This document shows, in pieces, positions 38,003 to 50,320 of a DNA stretch of 64,000 nt. A program made the translations under genes and the position numbers. Position 1 is the stretch's first letter. Each line of letters starts with the position of its first letter. The DNA is from Chiloscyllium plagiosum (taxonomy: Eukaryota). The notes below the pieces were generated by a model. It made no database searches. It saw only the letters and a program-made list of their open reading frames with translations, and was not told where the DNA came from. Location: contig NC_057720.1 in assembly GCF_004010195.1 (NCBI RefSeq), forward strand, positions 11,363,370 to 11,427,369, given 5' to 3'.

Positions 38003-38309
38003 CGGCACGGTGGCACAGTGGTTAGCACTGCTGCCTCATAGCGCCAGAGACCTGGGTTCAATTCCCGCCTCAGGCGACTGACTGTGTGGAGTTTGCACAT
38101 TCTCCCCGTGTCTGCGTGGGTTTCCTCTGGGTACTCCGGTTTCCTCCCACAGTCCAAAGATATGCAGGTCAGGTGAATTGGCCATGCTAAATTGCCCGTA
38201 GTGTTAGGTAAGGGGTAAATGTAGGAGTATGGGTGGGTTGCGCTTCGGTGGGGCGGTGTGGACTTGTTGGGCCGAAGGGCCTGTTTCCACACTGTACGTA
38301 ATCTAATCT
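38003..38309 (+). mobile_element. Young full-length HE1/V-SINE
   Basis: Pol III A box TGGCACAGTGG, B box GGTTCAATTCC, V-core, CR1-like tail ending TAATCTAATCT; CpGs retained. Confidence 0.95.
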
Positions 38310-39064
38310 TTACTGTCTTGTTTTTTTTTATTGTTTTAAAGTGTTTCCTTTCCAGGAACAGATGGTTAAGTCCAAGTTGATTTAGACCAAATAAACTCAT
38401 TGTTCTCAAAAATGTTGTTGCCATGAGCTCTCAAAACAAAGGTGGCCATGATGAGTCAGATAAATAAAGTGTACTTTCAACAAGTCCTTTTGGGTTAATA
38501 CTCAAATGGCTAAATTTGCATTTCCAATTTGATTCCAAATGTAGGAACATTTCAGTTGGATTAGCAATACATTTGTTGACATGAAAGCAAGATCACTCTA
38601 ACTTAGGTAAGATTTGAATGAAGCAAAATAACCATCTAAAGATCAGGAAGTACAGAGTTCAGTCGGATTTTGTTAGAATTTCCATTGAACCTGACCAAAT
38701 AATCACACTAGATGAACTGCATGGCAAGATTTTACTTTTACAGACTTTTACTGTAAGAAGCAAGCCAAAAGCAACATTAACTAAACTTTACAGCAGTGGA
38801 CAACAAATGCTCTTAAACCACAGAAACATTGTGTGAACAAACTTTCAGATACAGAGAATTTGTACAAACAACATTATATCCTCTTACCAATACTGCCAGC
38901 AATCATTAAACCATTCCCCTTACATTCCCAGGAACAGCAACCAATTGAGAACAAATGTGTTGGGCAGACTATCGGGATGACCTTTTGAAAATATCAATGT
39001 TCAGAGCATGTGTTGCCAATGGTGAGGTGGCTTCTGCCTGCACATGAACAGGTGGGTTTCATTC

Positions 39065-39975
39065 TATTGTCTTGTGTCCCTGGCTGGGCCAGCATTTATT
39101 GCCCATCCCTAGTTGCCGTTGAAAAGGTTATGATGCACTGCCTTCTTGGACATTTGCAGTCTAAGTGCTGTAGGTTGACTCAGAATGCACTTAGTGAAGA
39201 AATTCCAGGAATTTGATGCAGTGACAGTGAAGGAACAGTGATAAAGTTCCAAGTCCAGATGGTAAGAGTCTTGGAGGGGAACTTGAAGGCAGTGGTGTTC
39301 CCATGTGTCTGCTGCCCTTGTCCTTCTGGGTGGAAATGGCTGTGGGTTTGGAAGGTGCTGATTCAGGAGCTTTGGTGAATTTCTGCAGTGCAACTTGTAG
39401 TTAATCCATACTGCTGCTACTGAGCATCAGAGGTGGAGGGAGTAGACGTTTTTGGATGTGGCGCCAATCAAGTGGACTGCTTTATCCTGGGTGGTGTCAA
39501 TCTTCTTGAGTGTTTTTGGAGCTACAGTCATCCGGTCAGGTGGGAATATTCCATCAAACCCCTGACTTATGCCTTGTAGATGGTGAACATGCTTTTGAGA
39601 ATCAGGAGGTGAGTTACACACTGTGGTATTCCCAGCCTCTGGCCTGTTTTTGTAGTCACCATGTTGATGTGTTGGGTCCAGTTGAGTTTCTAGTCAAAGG
39701 TAAACCCAGGATGTTAATAGTGTTGGGGGTTCAGCACTAAGAGGTGTTCAATGGGGGAACATCATTGAATGTCAAGGGGCAATAGTTAGATTCTCTCTTG
39801 TTGGAAATGGTCATTGCTTGGCGTTTGTGTAGTGTGAATGTCCTTATCACTTGTCAGCCCAAACCAGGATATTGTGCAGGTCTTACTGCATTTGGATACA
39901 TATTGCTTCAATGCCTGACCAGTCAGAAATGGTGCTAAATATTATGTAAACATCAGCGAGCATCCCTTCTGTCTG
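39065..39975 (-). mobile_element. Old LINE 3' region (likely partner of the 35091 SINE family)
   Basis: ORF2 C-terminal remnant TLKKIDTTQDKAVHLIG; tail GGGATGGGCAATAAATGCTGGCC. Confidence 0.75.
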
Positions 39976-40573
39976 TATCGCCAAGAGAACGCAGGAGGGA
40001 ATGGTGCTGATATCATCATAGCTGTGACACAGCCTTCTTCACAGGATGTGTTTGAGCATGTGCAGGTGAAGACAATGAAGAATTGTAAGCTCCCCATGAT
40101 CCTGAGTAATTTAGGGAAATGCAAGGTTTCAACATTATCCTCTTGTTTGCAGAAGATGGGTCTCTACACAAATATATGGACCTTCCAGAAAGTGAAAAGC
40201 ATCATGTTCTGAACATGATTGATCATTTTAAAGTATATTTAAAGTTATTGTAGCTATTACAGCTGTTTGTTGGTAGTTTTCCCTGGTTTATCTTCACAAA
40301 GCTTACAGCTTGTCAGATCTCTGAATCCTCTTTGTTTGAAGGGAAACTGTTCCAGTTTCTCCTGTCTAACTAATGCCCCTGAGTTGTGGCCTGAATCTTT
40401 GTGAGTTTGTATTTTCCATCGCCCTGTTAAACTAAAGTGAATGTTATGGCTTACAACTGAATCCCTCTCATAGCATCCAAACCGAAATGGAGCCAGGATG
40501 TGCTAAAAGGTCTAGGCCACCTTGTCTTTTCATGTGTAATTCAGCCGGAACGCATCTGATTTCAGAGTTTTGT

Positions 40574-40760
40574 TAGACAGGCAGGAGGTTGAAAGAACAC
40601 AGCAAGCCAGACAGCATCAGAAGGTGGAGAAGTCAATGTTTGAAGTTACACCCGAAATGTCGACTTCTCCACCTCCTGTTGCTGCCTGGCTTGCTGTGTT
40701 CTTCTAGCCTCCTGCCTGTCTATTTTGGATTCCAGCATCTGCAGGTTTTTTTGTGTCTAG
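40574..40760. mobile_element. Palindromic Penelope-derived mini-element
   Basis: Arms TAGACAGGCAGGAGG... and ...CCTCCTGCCTGTCTA; TSD TTCAGAGTTT at 40561-40570 and 40763-40772. Confidence 0.8.
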
Positions 40761-42663
40761 CCTTCAGAGTTTAGATGGCACTTTTGCACTGGTGTGCTCT
40801 CCAAGCTTCCAAATGGAGATCGGCCGGTGGTTTCCTCCATCTTGAAATTCCTATAATAGTTGAGTACTTTAGAAGATTGTGGCAGTGAGAAATCTGACTT
40901 TGACACCATAACAGACTAGGGTCATAAGCTCTTGAAAAATAGGAGCACAAATTAGACCAATCAGCTCTGGAGGAGTCGACCTTCAGTCCTGGAGGAACGC
41001 TGTCTCATTTTACTATATCAGTTCTATATGGGAGAAATGACAAACAAAATCTACTTTACATTACCCTACTCTACTCTACTTGAGCCTGGTCCGCCATTCA
41101 GTGAGATCCTGGCTCTTCTATTCAGAGTTTAATTCCACTTACCTGTCTGATCCCTCCCATGATCCTTCACTCCTCAACAAGAGCCTAACCAGCCCCCTCA
41201 GGATCTTCAATGTTTCAATTAGATCAATCTTCATCCAGTGTCCCCTTTCTTTCCAGCTGGTGGATGGACTTCCAACGTTGCGATAGGGTCATTTGTGCAA
41301 CAATTGGCGTGTGGGGGACCTTGGAGTGTGCCCACGCGTGCAGCGAAGAGGGAACTTCACTCTTATGTTTCTAAAGGCCAACGAGTATTACCCAAACCAG
41401 GTCAAGAAGTTCAAGGCTGTCTCCAGTTAGTGGTCGAACTCTGTTCAGTTTAACTTAGCCTAAAGCTAAGTTTTAAAACCTGTTTCTCCATTCTCCTCAG
41501 CAATTTAATAATTTATTTGTTAGGCAAAGATTGCAACTATACCTTCCCAAGATTAATTCAATTTGTAAAGTTGGCAATTTGAGATTGCTGGGCCACATTT
41601 CAAATGGTTTGTGGAATTTTTCAAAAGGTGACCACGTGAAATTGAAACACACTTCAGTGAGTTAATGACTATTTCCTGCTGTCATCGCTGGTGAGGAGGT
41701 CATCACTGGTGAACAGTTGCCACTAGTCCACAGTATAACGTGGGTCCAGAGGATAAAGGTACAACCATCAGGCTTAGGTAGGACTCTCCAATAGCCTGGT
41801 TCAGTCTGACTGAACATTCATCGATTAACTGGAAGAGGCTGGAGGACAGCAGAAAGTAGTCACTAATACAGTAAAGTGAGTTTCAATTCCATGTGGCCAC
41901 GTTTTGACAAATTCCATAAGCCTGAAGGGAAATATGGCCCAACAATCTCAAATTGCCAACTTTACAAGTTGCATTGTTTACAAATTGGACTGAGCTGCCA
42001 CATTTTGAAAAAAAAAAGTGCTTTCACATTCTGGGTTATTCACGAATATTTTTTGAAGGTGTGACCACCACTGACTAGACCAGTATTTATTGCCCATTCC
42101 AAATAACTCAGATGCCAGTTAAGAATCAAGCACATTGCTGTGGGTCTGGAGTCATGTGTAAGCCAGACAAGGTAATAGAAACAGATACAGCCTTCCCAAC
42201 TGGACCTTAGTGAACCAGATGGGTTCACTTACTATAATTGACAGTGGGTTATATGGTCTCCATTAGGATCCAAATTTTATTGAATTCAGCAATTTTATTA
42301 AATACTAAATTGCACTGTCTGGTAAGGTGGGACTTGAACCAAATTCCCAAAACAGTCACCTGGGGCTTTGGACCCCTGTCGCCTGAGTATGGTCTTAAAA
42401 TGTTTTTGTTATCATTCGGAGGGCCAATTGATATCGTGAATGTGCTTCAGAAATTGTAGGCTGGGGAGGAACAGGAACACAATCCCACTTCTACTGCCCA
42501 TCAGGGTTACTGCAAGGTCAACATTGTTAACTCAACTTGCCATCAAGAAACACCTAGTTTAGCCTGCACCAAATTATATTAAGCAACCACCATGGATCTA
42601 GACCATATTCAGAAACTGTAAGTAGAAGTTAAAAATGAACAAATCCAAGCACACATTAAAAAT

Positions 42664-42865
42664 ACAAAGTTAAAAATCACACAACACCATGTTATAGTCC
42701 AACAGTTTTATTTGGAAGCACTAGCTTTCGGAGCACTGCTCCTTCTTCAGGTGCCACAACCATCTGATGAAGGAGCAGCTTCCAAATAAACCTGTTGGAC
42801 TATAATGTGGTGTTGTGTGTTTTTTAACTTTGTACACTCTAGTCCAACACCAGCACTTCCAAATC
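42664..42865. mobile_element. Palindromic Penelope-derived mini-element, second family
   Basis: Inverted copies of the AATAAACCTGTTGGACTATAA..TGGTGTTGTGTG tail; homologous to 60770-60968 and 30464-30550. Confidence 0.8.
42718..42754 (-). ncRNA. Intact minimal type I hammerhead ribozyme motif
   Basis: GCAC-CUGAAGA-A-GGAGC-AGU-GCUCC-GAAA-GC-UA^GUGC: 4-bp helix I, 5-bp helix II, palindromic AGCU helix III. Confidence 0.78.
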
Positions 42866-43182
42866 TTAGAACTACAAGATAAGGAAAGGCTACAGTTCTA
42901 CCAGCCAGTGCAAGGGATATTGGATGAGAAATTGATCCAGTGAAGTCCCACTGCTCCTCAATGTGTGGATTGGCCAATGGGTTGAAGAGTGGGACATAAA
43001 CTTGTGTCCTTCTGACTTAGAGGCGACGTGTTGCCAATGAAGCCAAGGCTGGCCCACTTACAGCATACTAAACACTGTGTGTCACATCCTAATGGTAATA
43101 CAATTGTAGAATGTTGACAGCATTTGAAGCAATTCCAAACAAAGACAACAGGGATAAGGCATGGATATTTAATTAGACTGTG

Positions 43183-43380
43183 GGGGGGCTGATTAGCTCA
43201 GTCGGCTGGACAGGTGATGTGAGGCAGAGTGATGCCAACAGTATGGGGTTGGTTCCTGTGCTGGCTGAGGTTACCATGGAGATTTTCTGAACCTTGCTCC
43301 TTGCCTGTGGCATGGTAACTCTCAAGTAAACTCACCACCAATGGTCACTCTTTAATGGGAGACGAGGACTACAGTGACTC
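43183..43380 (+). mobile_element. tRNA-derived SINE
   Basis: GGGGGCTGATTAGCTCAGTCGGCTGG head. Confidence 0.65.
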
Positions 43381-43480
43381 TCCTTTCTTCTTAATTTGAG
43401 TGGAGCATCAGAAAGATTATAAACTGGCAAGAAATAGGAGTGGGCATTAGAATAGAGTACAATAGAATAGAATACCTATA

Positions 43481-43667
43481 CCTATTAACAGAATAACCGT
43501 TACCTATTAATGGAATAACCTTTACCTATTAACGGAATAACCGTTACCTATTAACGGAATTCCCATTGCCTATTAACGAAATAACCGTTACCTATTAACG
43601 GAATTCCCATTGCCTATTAACGGAATAACCGTTACCTATTAACAGAATTACCATTACCTATTAACGG
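43481..43667. repeat. 22-bp minisatellite, 8.5 units
   Basis: CCTATTAACGGAATAACCGTTA and variant CCTATTAACGGAATTCCCATTG. Confidence 0.95.
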
Positions 43668-43669
43668 GA

Positions 43670-45650
43670 TGGAGCTGGCACAGAGGTCAAAGCAGTCAAA
43701 AAGAAAAAGGAAGCTTACCTAAGGTCTAGGAAGGTGGGAGCTGACAAAGGCCTGCAAGTAAATAAGGAAATTTATAAAGAACTTGAACAAGGAATTAAAA
43801 GGGCCAAAAGGGGTCATGAAAAGCCGTTAGCAAACAGGATTAAGGAGAAATGTAAAACATAAGAGGGTCACCAAGGAAAGGGTTGGCCCACTCGAAGATG
43901 AAGGAGGGAATCGATGTGTGGAGCCAGAAGAGGGAGTTGAGGTCCTAATCCAATACTTTATGTCGGTATTCACCAAAGAGGTGGAAATGTTGGAGGATGA
44001 TCTCAGGGAAGGGAGTTTTGACTTTCTAAGCCAAGTTGTTATTAAAAAGGAAGAGTTGTTGTGCATCTTAAAAGTATTAAAAGGTAGATAAGTCCCAGGG
44101 TCCTGATAGGATCTATCCCAGAATATTGAGGGAGGCACAAGAACAAATTGCTGGAGCATTAACAGACACCTTTGGCCACAGGTGAGGTCCCAGAGGACTG
44201 GAGAATAGCCAATGTTGTCCCGTTGTTTAAGAAGGGTAGCAGGGATAATCCTGGAAATTATAGGTCTGTGAGTCTGATGTTGGTGGTAGGGAAATTATTG
44301 GAAAAGATTCTCAGGGACAAGATTTATATGCATTTAGAAGCAAATGGAGCTATTGACGATAGACAGCATGGATTTGTGCAGGGGAGGACATGCCTCACTA
44401 ACCTAATTGAGATTTTTGAAGATGTGACAAAGATGATTGATGAGGGAAAAGTGGTTGGTGTTGTCTACATGGACTTTTGGAAAGCCTTTGACAAGGTCCA
44501 TCATGGCAGACTGGTACAAAAGGTGAAGTCACATGGTATCGGGGTGAGCTGGCAAAATGGATACAGAACTGGCTTAGTCACAGTAGACAGAGGGAGGTGG
44601 TGGAAGGATGCTTTTCGGAATAGAGAGTTGTGACTAGTGATGTTCCACAGGGATCAGTGCTGGGACCTCTGCTGTTCATGATCCACATAAATGATTTGGA
44701 GGAAAACATAGCTAGCCTAATTAGTACGTTTGCAGATGCTACAAAGTTTGGTGGAGTTGAGGATAATGAGGAGGATTGTCAGAGGATGCTGCAGGATATA
44801 GATGAGTTGGAGGCATGGGTAGAAAAATGGCAGGTGGAGTTTTATCTGAACAAATAGTGAGGTGATGCATTTTGTAAGGTAACGTGCAGATGGAAATTAT
44901 ACAGTGAATGGCAGAACCCTTAGGAGTGTCGATATGCAGTGGGATCTGGATATGTAGGTCCACAGATCATTGAAGGTGGCAGCACAGGTAAATAAGGGAG
45001 TAAAAAAGGGTTATGGCATGCTTGCCTTCATTGGAAGGGCATTGAGTATAATGATAGACAAGTTATGCTGCAGCTTTATAGAACTTTATTTAAGCCACAC
45101 TGGGAATATTCCATACTGTTCTAGTCACCACACTACCAGAAGGTTTTGAATGCTTTGGAGAGTGTGCAGAAAAGGTTTACCAGGATGTTGCCTGGTATAG
45201 GGGAATTTAGCTATGAAGAAAGCTGGAACAGACTGGGTCTGTTTTCACTGAAATGCAGGAGGTTGAGGGGGCGACCTGATAGAAGTTTATAAGATTGTGA
45301 ATGGCATGGATAAAGTGGAAAGTATGAGGCTTTTTCCCAGGGAAGAAGGGTCAGTTATTAGGGACACAGGTTCAAGGTGTGGGGGTGAGATGTTTAAAAG
45401 AGATGTGTGAGGAAAGTTTTTCACACAAAGGGTGGTGAGTACCTGGAACGGACTGCCAGGGGAGGTGGTGGAAGCAGACACAGTAGCAGCATTTAAGAAG
45501 CACCTGGACAAGTACATAAATAGGAAGGGAATAGAGGGAGGTGGATCCTGTAAGTGTTGGCAGTTTTAGTAGGGAAGCTGAAGATGTGTCAGCACAGGCT
45601 TGGAGGGCCAAATGGCCTGTTCTTATGCTGTATTGTCCTTTGCTTGTTCA
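43670..45650 (+). mobile_element. 5'-truncated CR1 ORF2
   Basis: PEDWRIANVVPLFKKG, QHGF, KAFDKV, VPQGSVLGP, FADATK. Confidence 0.93.
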
Positions 45651-46099
45651 GCCACTAATTCTAAACAGTGATTGCAGTGTGAAATAAATTGCAGGAAAAT
45701 TCTACACAATACATCTCAGGAAACTTCTCACTCTTTCCCTTCCCTCCTCACCTCCTGCTTTCTCTGTCTCAGGAACATAAGACCAGAGGTAGGCCATTGA
45801 GCAGTTTCAGCTTGTCCCACTATTCAATCTGACCATGGCGGATCGGACACATCCTCTCCAAATGTCATTGTACACCACCGATACTCAGAAAAATCTTTCA
45901 ATTTCTACCTTAAATACATTCCATGAATGAGCCTCCATAGCCTTTTCTCACTTCTCATAGAGCTGGCACTGGACAGGCCTGATGGGCTGAACAGTCTCCT
46001 TTTGTGCAATATGTTTCAACAAACTCTCATTTCTTTCCTCTGTCTCCGAAACAAAAATTCAGCAATCCACTGATTAACCCTGCTACGGACTTAATATTG

Positions 46100-46490
46100 A
46101 GTTCAGCACCTTCAGATTGTGAACTCACTCCCATTGCTTGTCTTTCTGTTAGCTTTGCTTGTTATATTCTCTATCACTGTATCCTCTCTCCCCTCCCCCC
46201 AACTTCAGTGGGACTATCTGTTCTTTCTAGTTTGGAAGTTAGACACATTCTGCCATTCTCACATTCCGTTACTTAATCTGCATTCTTGACACCCTGTCTC
46301 CCACAGCACTCCACCCCTCCACCACTGCATAAATGCTGCCCCCTCCACACTTCATGTCAGCTCTGATGAAGAGCCATCCAGACTCAAAAAGTTAACTTCC
46401 TCTCTCTTTCCGTGGATGCTGCCTGACCCACTGCATTTTTTTTTTGTCTTCAGTACAGATTCCACCACCTGCAGTAATTTGTGCTACCTC
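46100..46490 (+). mobile_element. Degenerate Penelope-like 3' terminus
   Basis: CTGATGAAGAG at 46363 followed by the GGATGCTGCCTGACC tail. Confidence 0.5.
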
Positions 46491-47429
46491 TGTTACGGAA
46501 GTGTGTCTTGAATGTTGAAGGTTGGCAGAGGGAGGTAGAGATCAAAGCTGATCTGCAGCCCACTGTCAAGCAGAGAGGGAAACATTTCCAAAGGGTCTCA
46601 CTGAGTTCTCCAGGCTGCAGTCGAAATGGATAGCTCGCCTCATAGTGACAAAGGCCTGAAAGCACAGCCAGAGATTTGCATAAGACGCAATTGAATAAAG
46701 AGATAAATTACCATTCGACAGCTTGCAGAGAACTAAAATGTTATATTTCTATTAAACTTTATAACATTTCTCTGACATCTCAAAGTACTTCACCTCTAAT
46801 GAATTATCAGACAGTGCAATGATTTTGGAGACAAAGATGTTGAGCAGTTTGTGCACAGCAAGGATGTAAAATTGAGACTAATAATCACAATCTGATTTTA
46901 TAACGTATTGGCTCCGTTCCATTTTTTCTATGATCCGGAATACACTGCCTGGAAGGGTGTGGAAATAAACAATAGGAAATTCAGTGTGCACTTGAAAATG
47001 AAATATTCCCAGGTATGCAACATCTAAAACTGCCTTACAGGAATGTTATCAAATAGAGATTTGACGCCAAGCCTCATAAAGAGGGTATTAGGACATGGAC
47101 AAAGAGTTAAGATTTAAGGAGTGACTCAAAAGCTGACAGAGATAGGGAGGCAGAGAGGGTGAGGAAGGGAATGCAAGAGTTCAGGAAGAGAGAATCAACA
47201 CATGACTCTGACATGCCCATTCAACAGGAGTAGAAGCATTGGAACAACGTCCCTGTTAGTCTAAAATGAAAACCATTGGGAATCGCTGCCTTCTTTGTAA
47301 TAGCGACTTGGGAACTGATCTTGTGTCAGAGAATCACAGAGGTCGACAGCACAGAAAACGGCCCTTCAGCCCATCATATTAGCATTCGTTGAAAACAATC
47401 ACCTAACTGTTCTAATACCTGTTTTCCCT

Positions 47430-49035
47430 GGAGAGTCAGAGGCTGAGGGGTGACCTTACTTACAGAGGTTTATGAAATCATGAGGGGCATGGATAGGGTA
47501 AATAGACAAGGTTTTTTTGCTTGGGTGGGAGAGTGCAAAACTAGGGGGCATGGTTTAAGGTGAGAGGCGAAAGATATAAAAGGGACCTAAGGGACATTTC
47601 TTTCAAGCAGAGGGTGGTACATGTATGGAATGAGCTGCCAGAGGAAGTGGTAGAGGCTGGTACACTTACAATGTTTAAAAGGATGGGTATGTGAGTAGGA
47701 AGAGTTTAGAGGAATATGGGCCAAATGGGCTTTGATTAATTTTAGATATCAGGTTGGCATGGACCGGTTGGACCAAAGGGTCTGTTTCCCTGCTGTACAT
47801 CTCTATGACTCTATGCCCCCTCTCAATCTCGTAAGGAAATCTCTCTTCATAACTAGACACTCTAGCCCAGGCAACATCCTGGTGAATCTAAACAAAAACC
47901 AAAAAAAAAACAAAACAACTGCAGAACCAAAACAGAAATTGCTGGAAACGCTCAGCAGGTCTGGTGGTATCTGTGGAGAGAAATCAGAGTTGATGTTTTG
48001 GTTTGAGTGACCCTTCCCCAGAACTTGGTAAATCTCCTCTGCACTCTCTCCAGTGCTACCACATCCCTGCTATAGTGTGGATTCCAGGACTACACACAGT
48101 ATTGTAGCTGTGGCCAAACCAATATTTTATACAGTTCCAGCATAACCTCCCTGCTCTTAAACTCCATGCCCCAGAAGCAAGTATCCCATATTCCTTCCTA
48201 TATCCACCTGTCTTAATACCTTAAAAGACAGGTGTACCTTCAAACCAGGGTCTCTAATTCTCGATGCTTCCCAGGTCCATCATGTATTCCTTTGTCTTGT
48301 TTCTCCTGTCCAAGTACATCATCTCACACTTACCTGGACTGAATTGTACTTCAATTTCTCATCTGATCCAAAAGGTGTCCCCTTCAACTGCACAGCTATC
48401 CCTAGTGCTGCACTAGTCTGTCTACTTTTGTTGTATGCTCATGTCTCTGAAGTTGTATATGAACTGCAACTATACAAAACTATACAAAATGCTGGTGCAG
48501 CCACACTTGCAATATTGTGTATAGTTCTGGTCCCCATATTTTGGGAAGGATGTGGAAGCATTGGAAAAGGTGCAAAGGAGATTTACCAGGAGGTTGCCTG
48601 GTCTGGAGGGAAGGTCTTATGAGGAAAGTCTGAGAGACTTGAACCTGCTCTCATTGGCAAGAAGAAGGCTAAGAGGGGATTTGATAGAGACATACAAGAT
48701 GATCAGAGGATTAGATAGGGTAGACAGTGAAAATTTTTTTCCTCGGATGATGACGTCAGCTTGTACGAGGGAGCATAACTACAAATTGAGGGGTGATAGA
48801 TTTAAGACAGATGTCAGAGGCAGGTTCTTTACGTAGAGAGTGGTAAGGGGGTGCAATGCCCTACCTGCTAATGTAGTCAACTCAGCCACATTAGGGAGAT
48901 TTAAACAATCCTTAGAAAAGCACATGAATGATTTTGGGATAGTATAGGGGGACAAGCTGAGAATAGTTCACAGGTCAGCGCAACATCTAGGGCTGAAGGG
49001 CCTGTTCTGCGTTGTATTGTTCTATGTTCTATGTT
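47430..49035. mobile_element. CR1 fragment cluster (+47430-47815, -47815-48420, +48465-49035) with a Penelope tail inserted at about 47890-48025
   Basis: RT C-terminal peptides; TTCTATG tail; TSD TGGT(G/A)AATCT around the insert. Confidence 0.82.
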
Positions 49036-49504
49036 CGAACTCTCTGTGGTGAGAGTTACATAAATCATGATAGTATAACTAATGATACAACAATGACCTC
49101 AGTAAAAAAAAGACCACGCTAGAATGAGCATGTGAAGAGAGTGGTCTTGGACACTGCACTAGGGCCCCAGAACCTACATGCAAAAATGCAAATAAAAGAG
49201 CAAAAACAGAAAATGCTGGAAAAACTCAGCAGAAAAAAGTTTACTGAAGACATCAAAATTGGTAGAGTTAACACTGAAGAAGGTCATCTAAGACTAAGAT
49301 TTTGATTAATTGGGTCAATGAACTGAGTGGTAGATGGAGTTTAATTTGGATAAACACGAGGTGTTGCATTTTGATACAACAAACAAGAACAGAGCTTATA
49401 CATTTAATGGTCGGGCCTTGGATGGTGTTAAGTGTTGTAAAACAGAGAACTAGGAGTTTAGATACTGAATTCTTTGATATTTGTGTCACAGGTAGACAGG
49501 GTGG

Positions 49505-49900
49505 TCTTTGTGTCAGGTTTCTTCCAGGGAACAAAGTTTAGAATCTGGGTTGGAAAATGGGGAACCCATTTTCTATCTGGATGCTGTCCTGGTGCATGTT
49601 AAAACAAAGAAAGAATACAGCCAGAGGGTCAGGGATGTGTTAAAGGAACGACTATACTCAGGCTTCACACTAAATGAGAAATTTCTGTTCTCCAAATAGT
49701 TCTCCAAATAGCCACAGTGAATCAACCAAGTGAGTCACCAGTGTAACTGGTCTCACTCCACCCGTAAGAGGGCTTTTGAAAAGAGGCCAGCAATGTTCTT
49801 AGAGTCAGAAACATACTGCTGTGTGCTGTAAGGGGCTGAAGGTCAAGAAGGTAATGCAAAGCAGATATGCTGTGGGTTTCCGAACAGGCACAACGTGACA
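49505..49900 (+). mobile_element. Degenerate Gypsy pol fragment (different family)
   Basis: IFYLDAVLVH...YSQRVRDVL...GFTLNEKFLFSK resembles the YxDD palm and L.LN.EKC.F motif. Confidence 0.6.
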
Positions 49901-50320
49901 CAGGACAAAAAGAGCAAGTGAGAAGCAGTGACACAGGCTAGGTGCCTATCCCTGCTCAAAGGTGATTGATGAGGCAGGGCAGTAGATGTTGTCTATATGG
50001 ACTTTAACAAGGCCTTTGACAAGGTCCCTTATGGCAGGCTGACACAAAAGGTGAACTCACATGGAATCCGTGGTGAGCCGGTGAGAATGACTTAGTCCCA
50101 GAAGACAGAGAATAGCGGTGGAAGAATGAAATCCGTGACGATTGGTTTTCCACAAGGATCAGTGCTGGGACCTCTGTTGTTTGTAAAATATACAAATGAT
50201 TTGGAAGAGGAAGTCGGTGCCTGTTTACAAAGTTTGTGGACAACACAAAGATTGGGGGAGCTGTAGATAGTGAGAAGGATTGCCAGAAGATACAGCAGGA
50301 TATAGATAGGCTGGAGACTT

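Noticed and set aside
38003..38080. tRNA gene
   Set aside because: tRNA-derived SINE head that continues into the V-core and LINE tail; no complete cloverleaf
43481..43667. CRISPR-like array
   Set aside because: Units are contiguous with no unique spacers, no cas genes, and the context is a vertebrate genome
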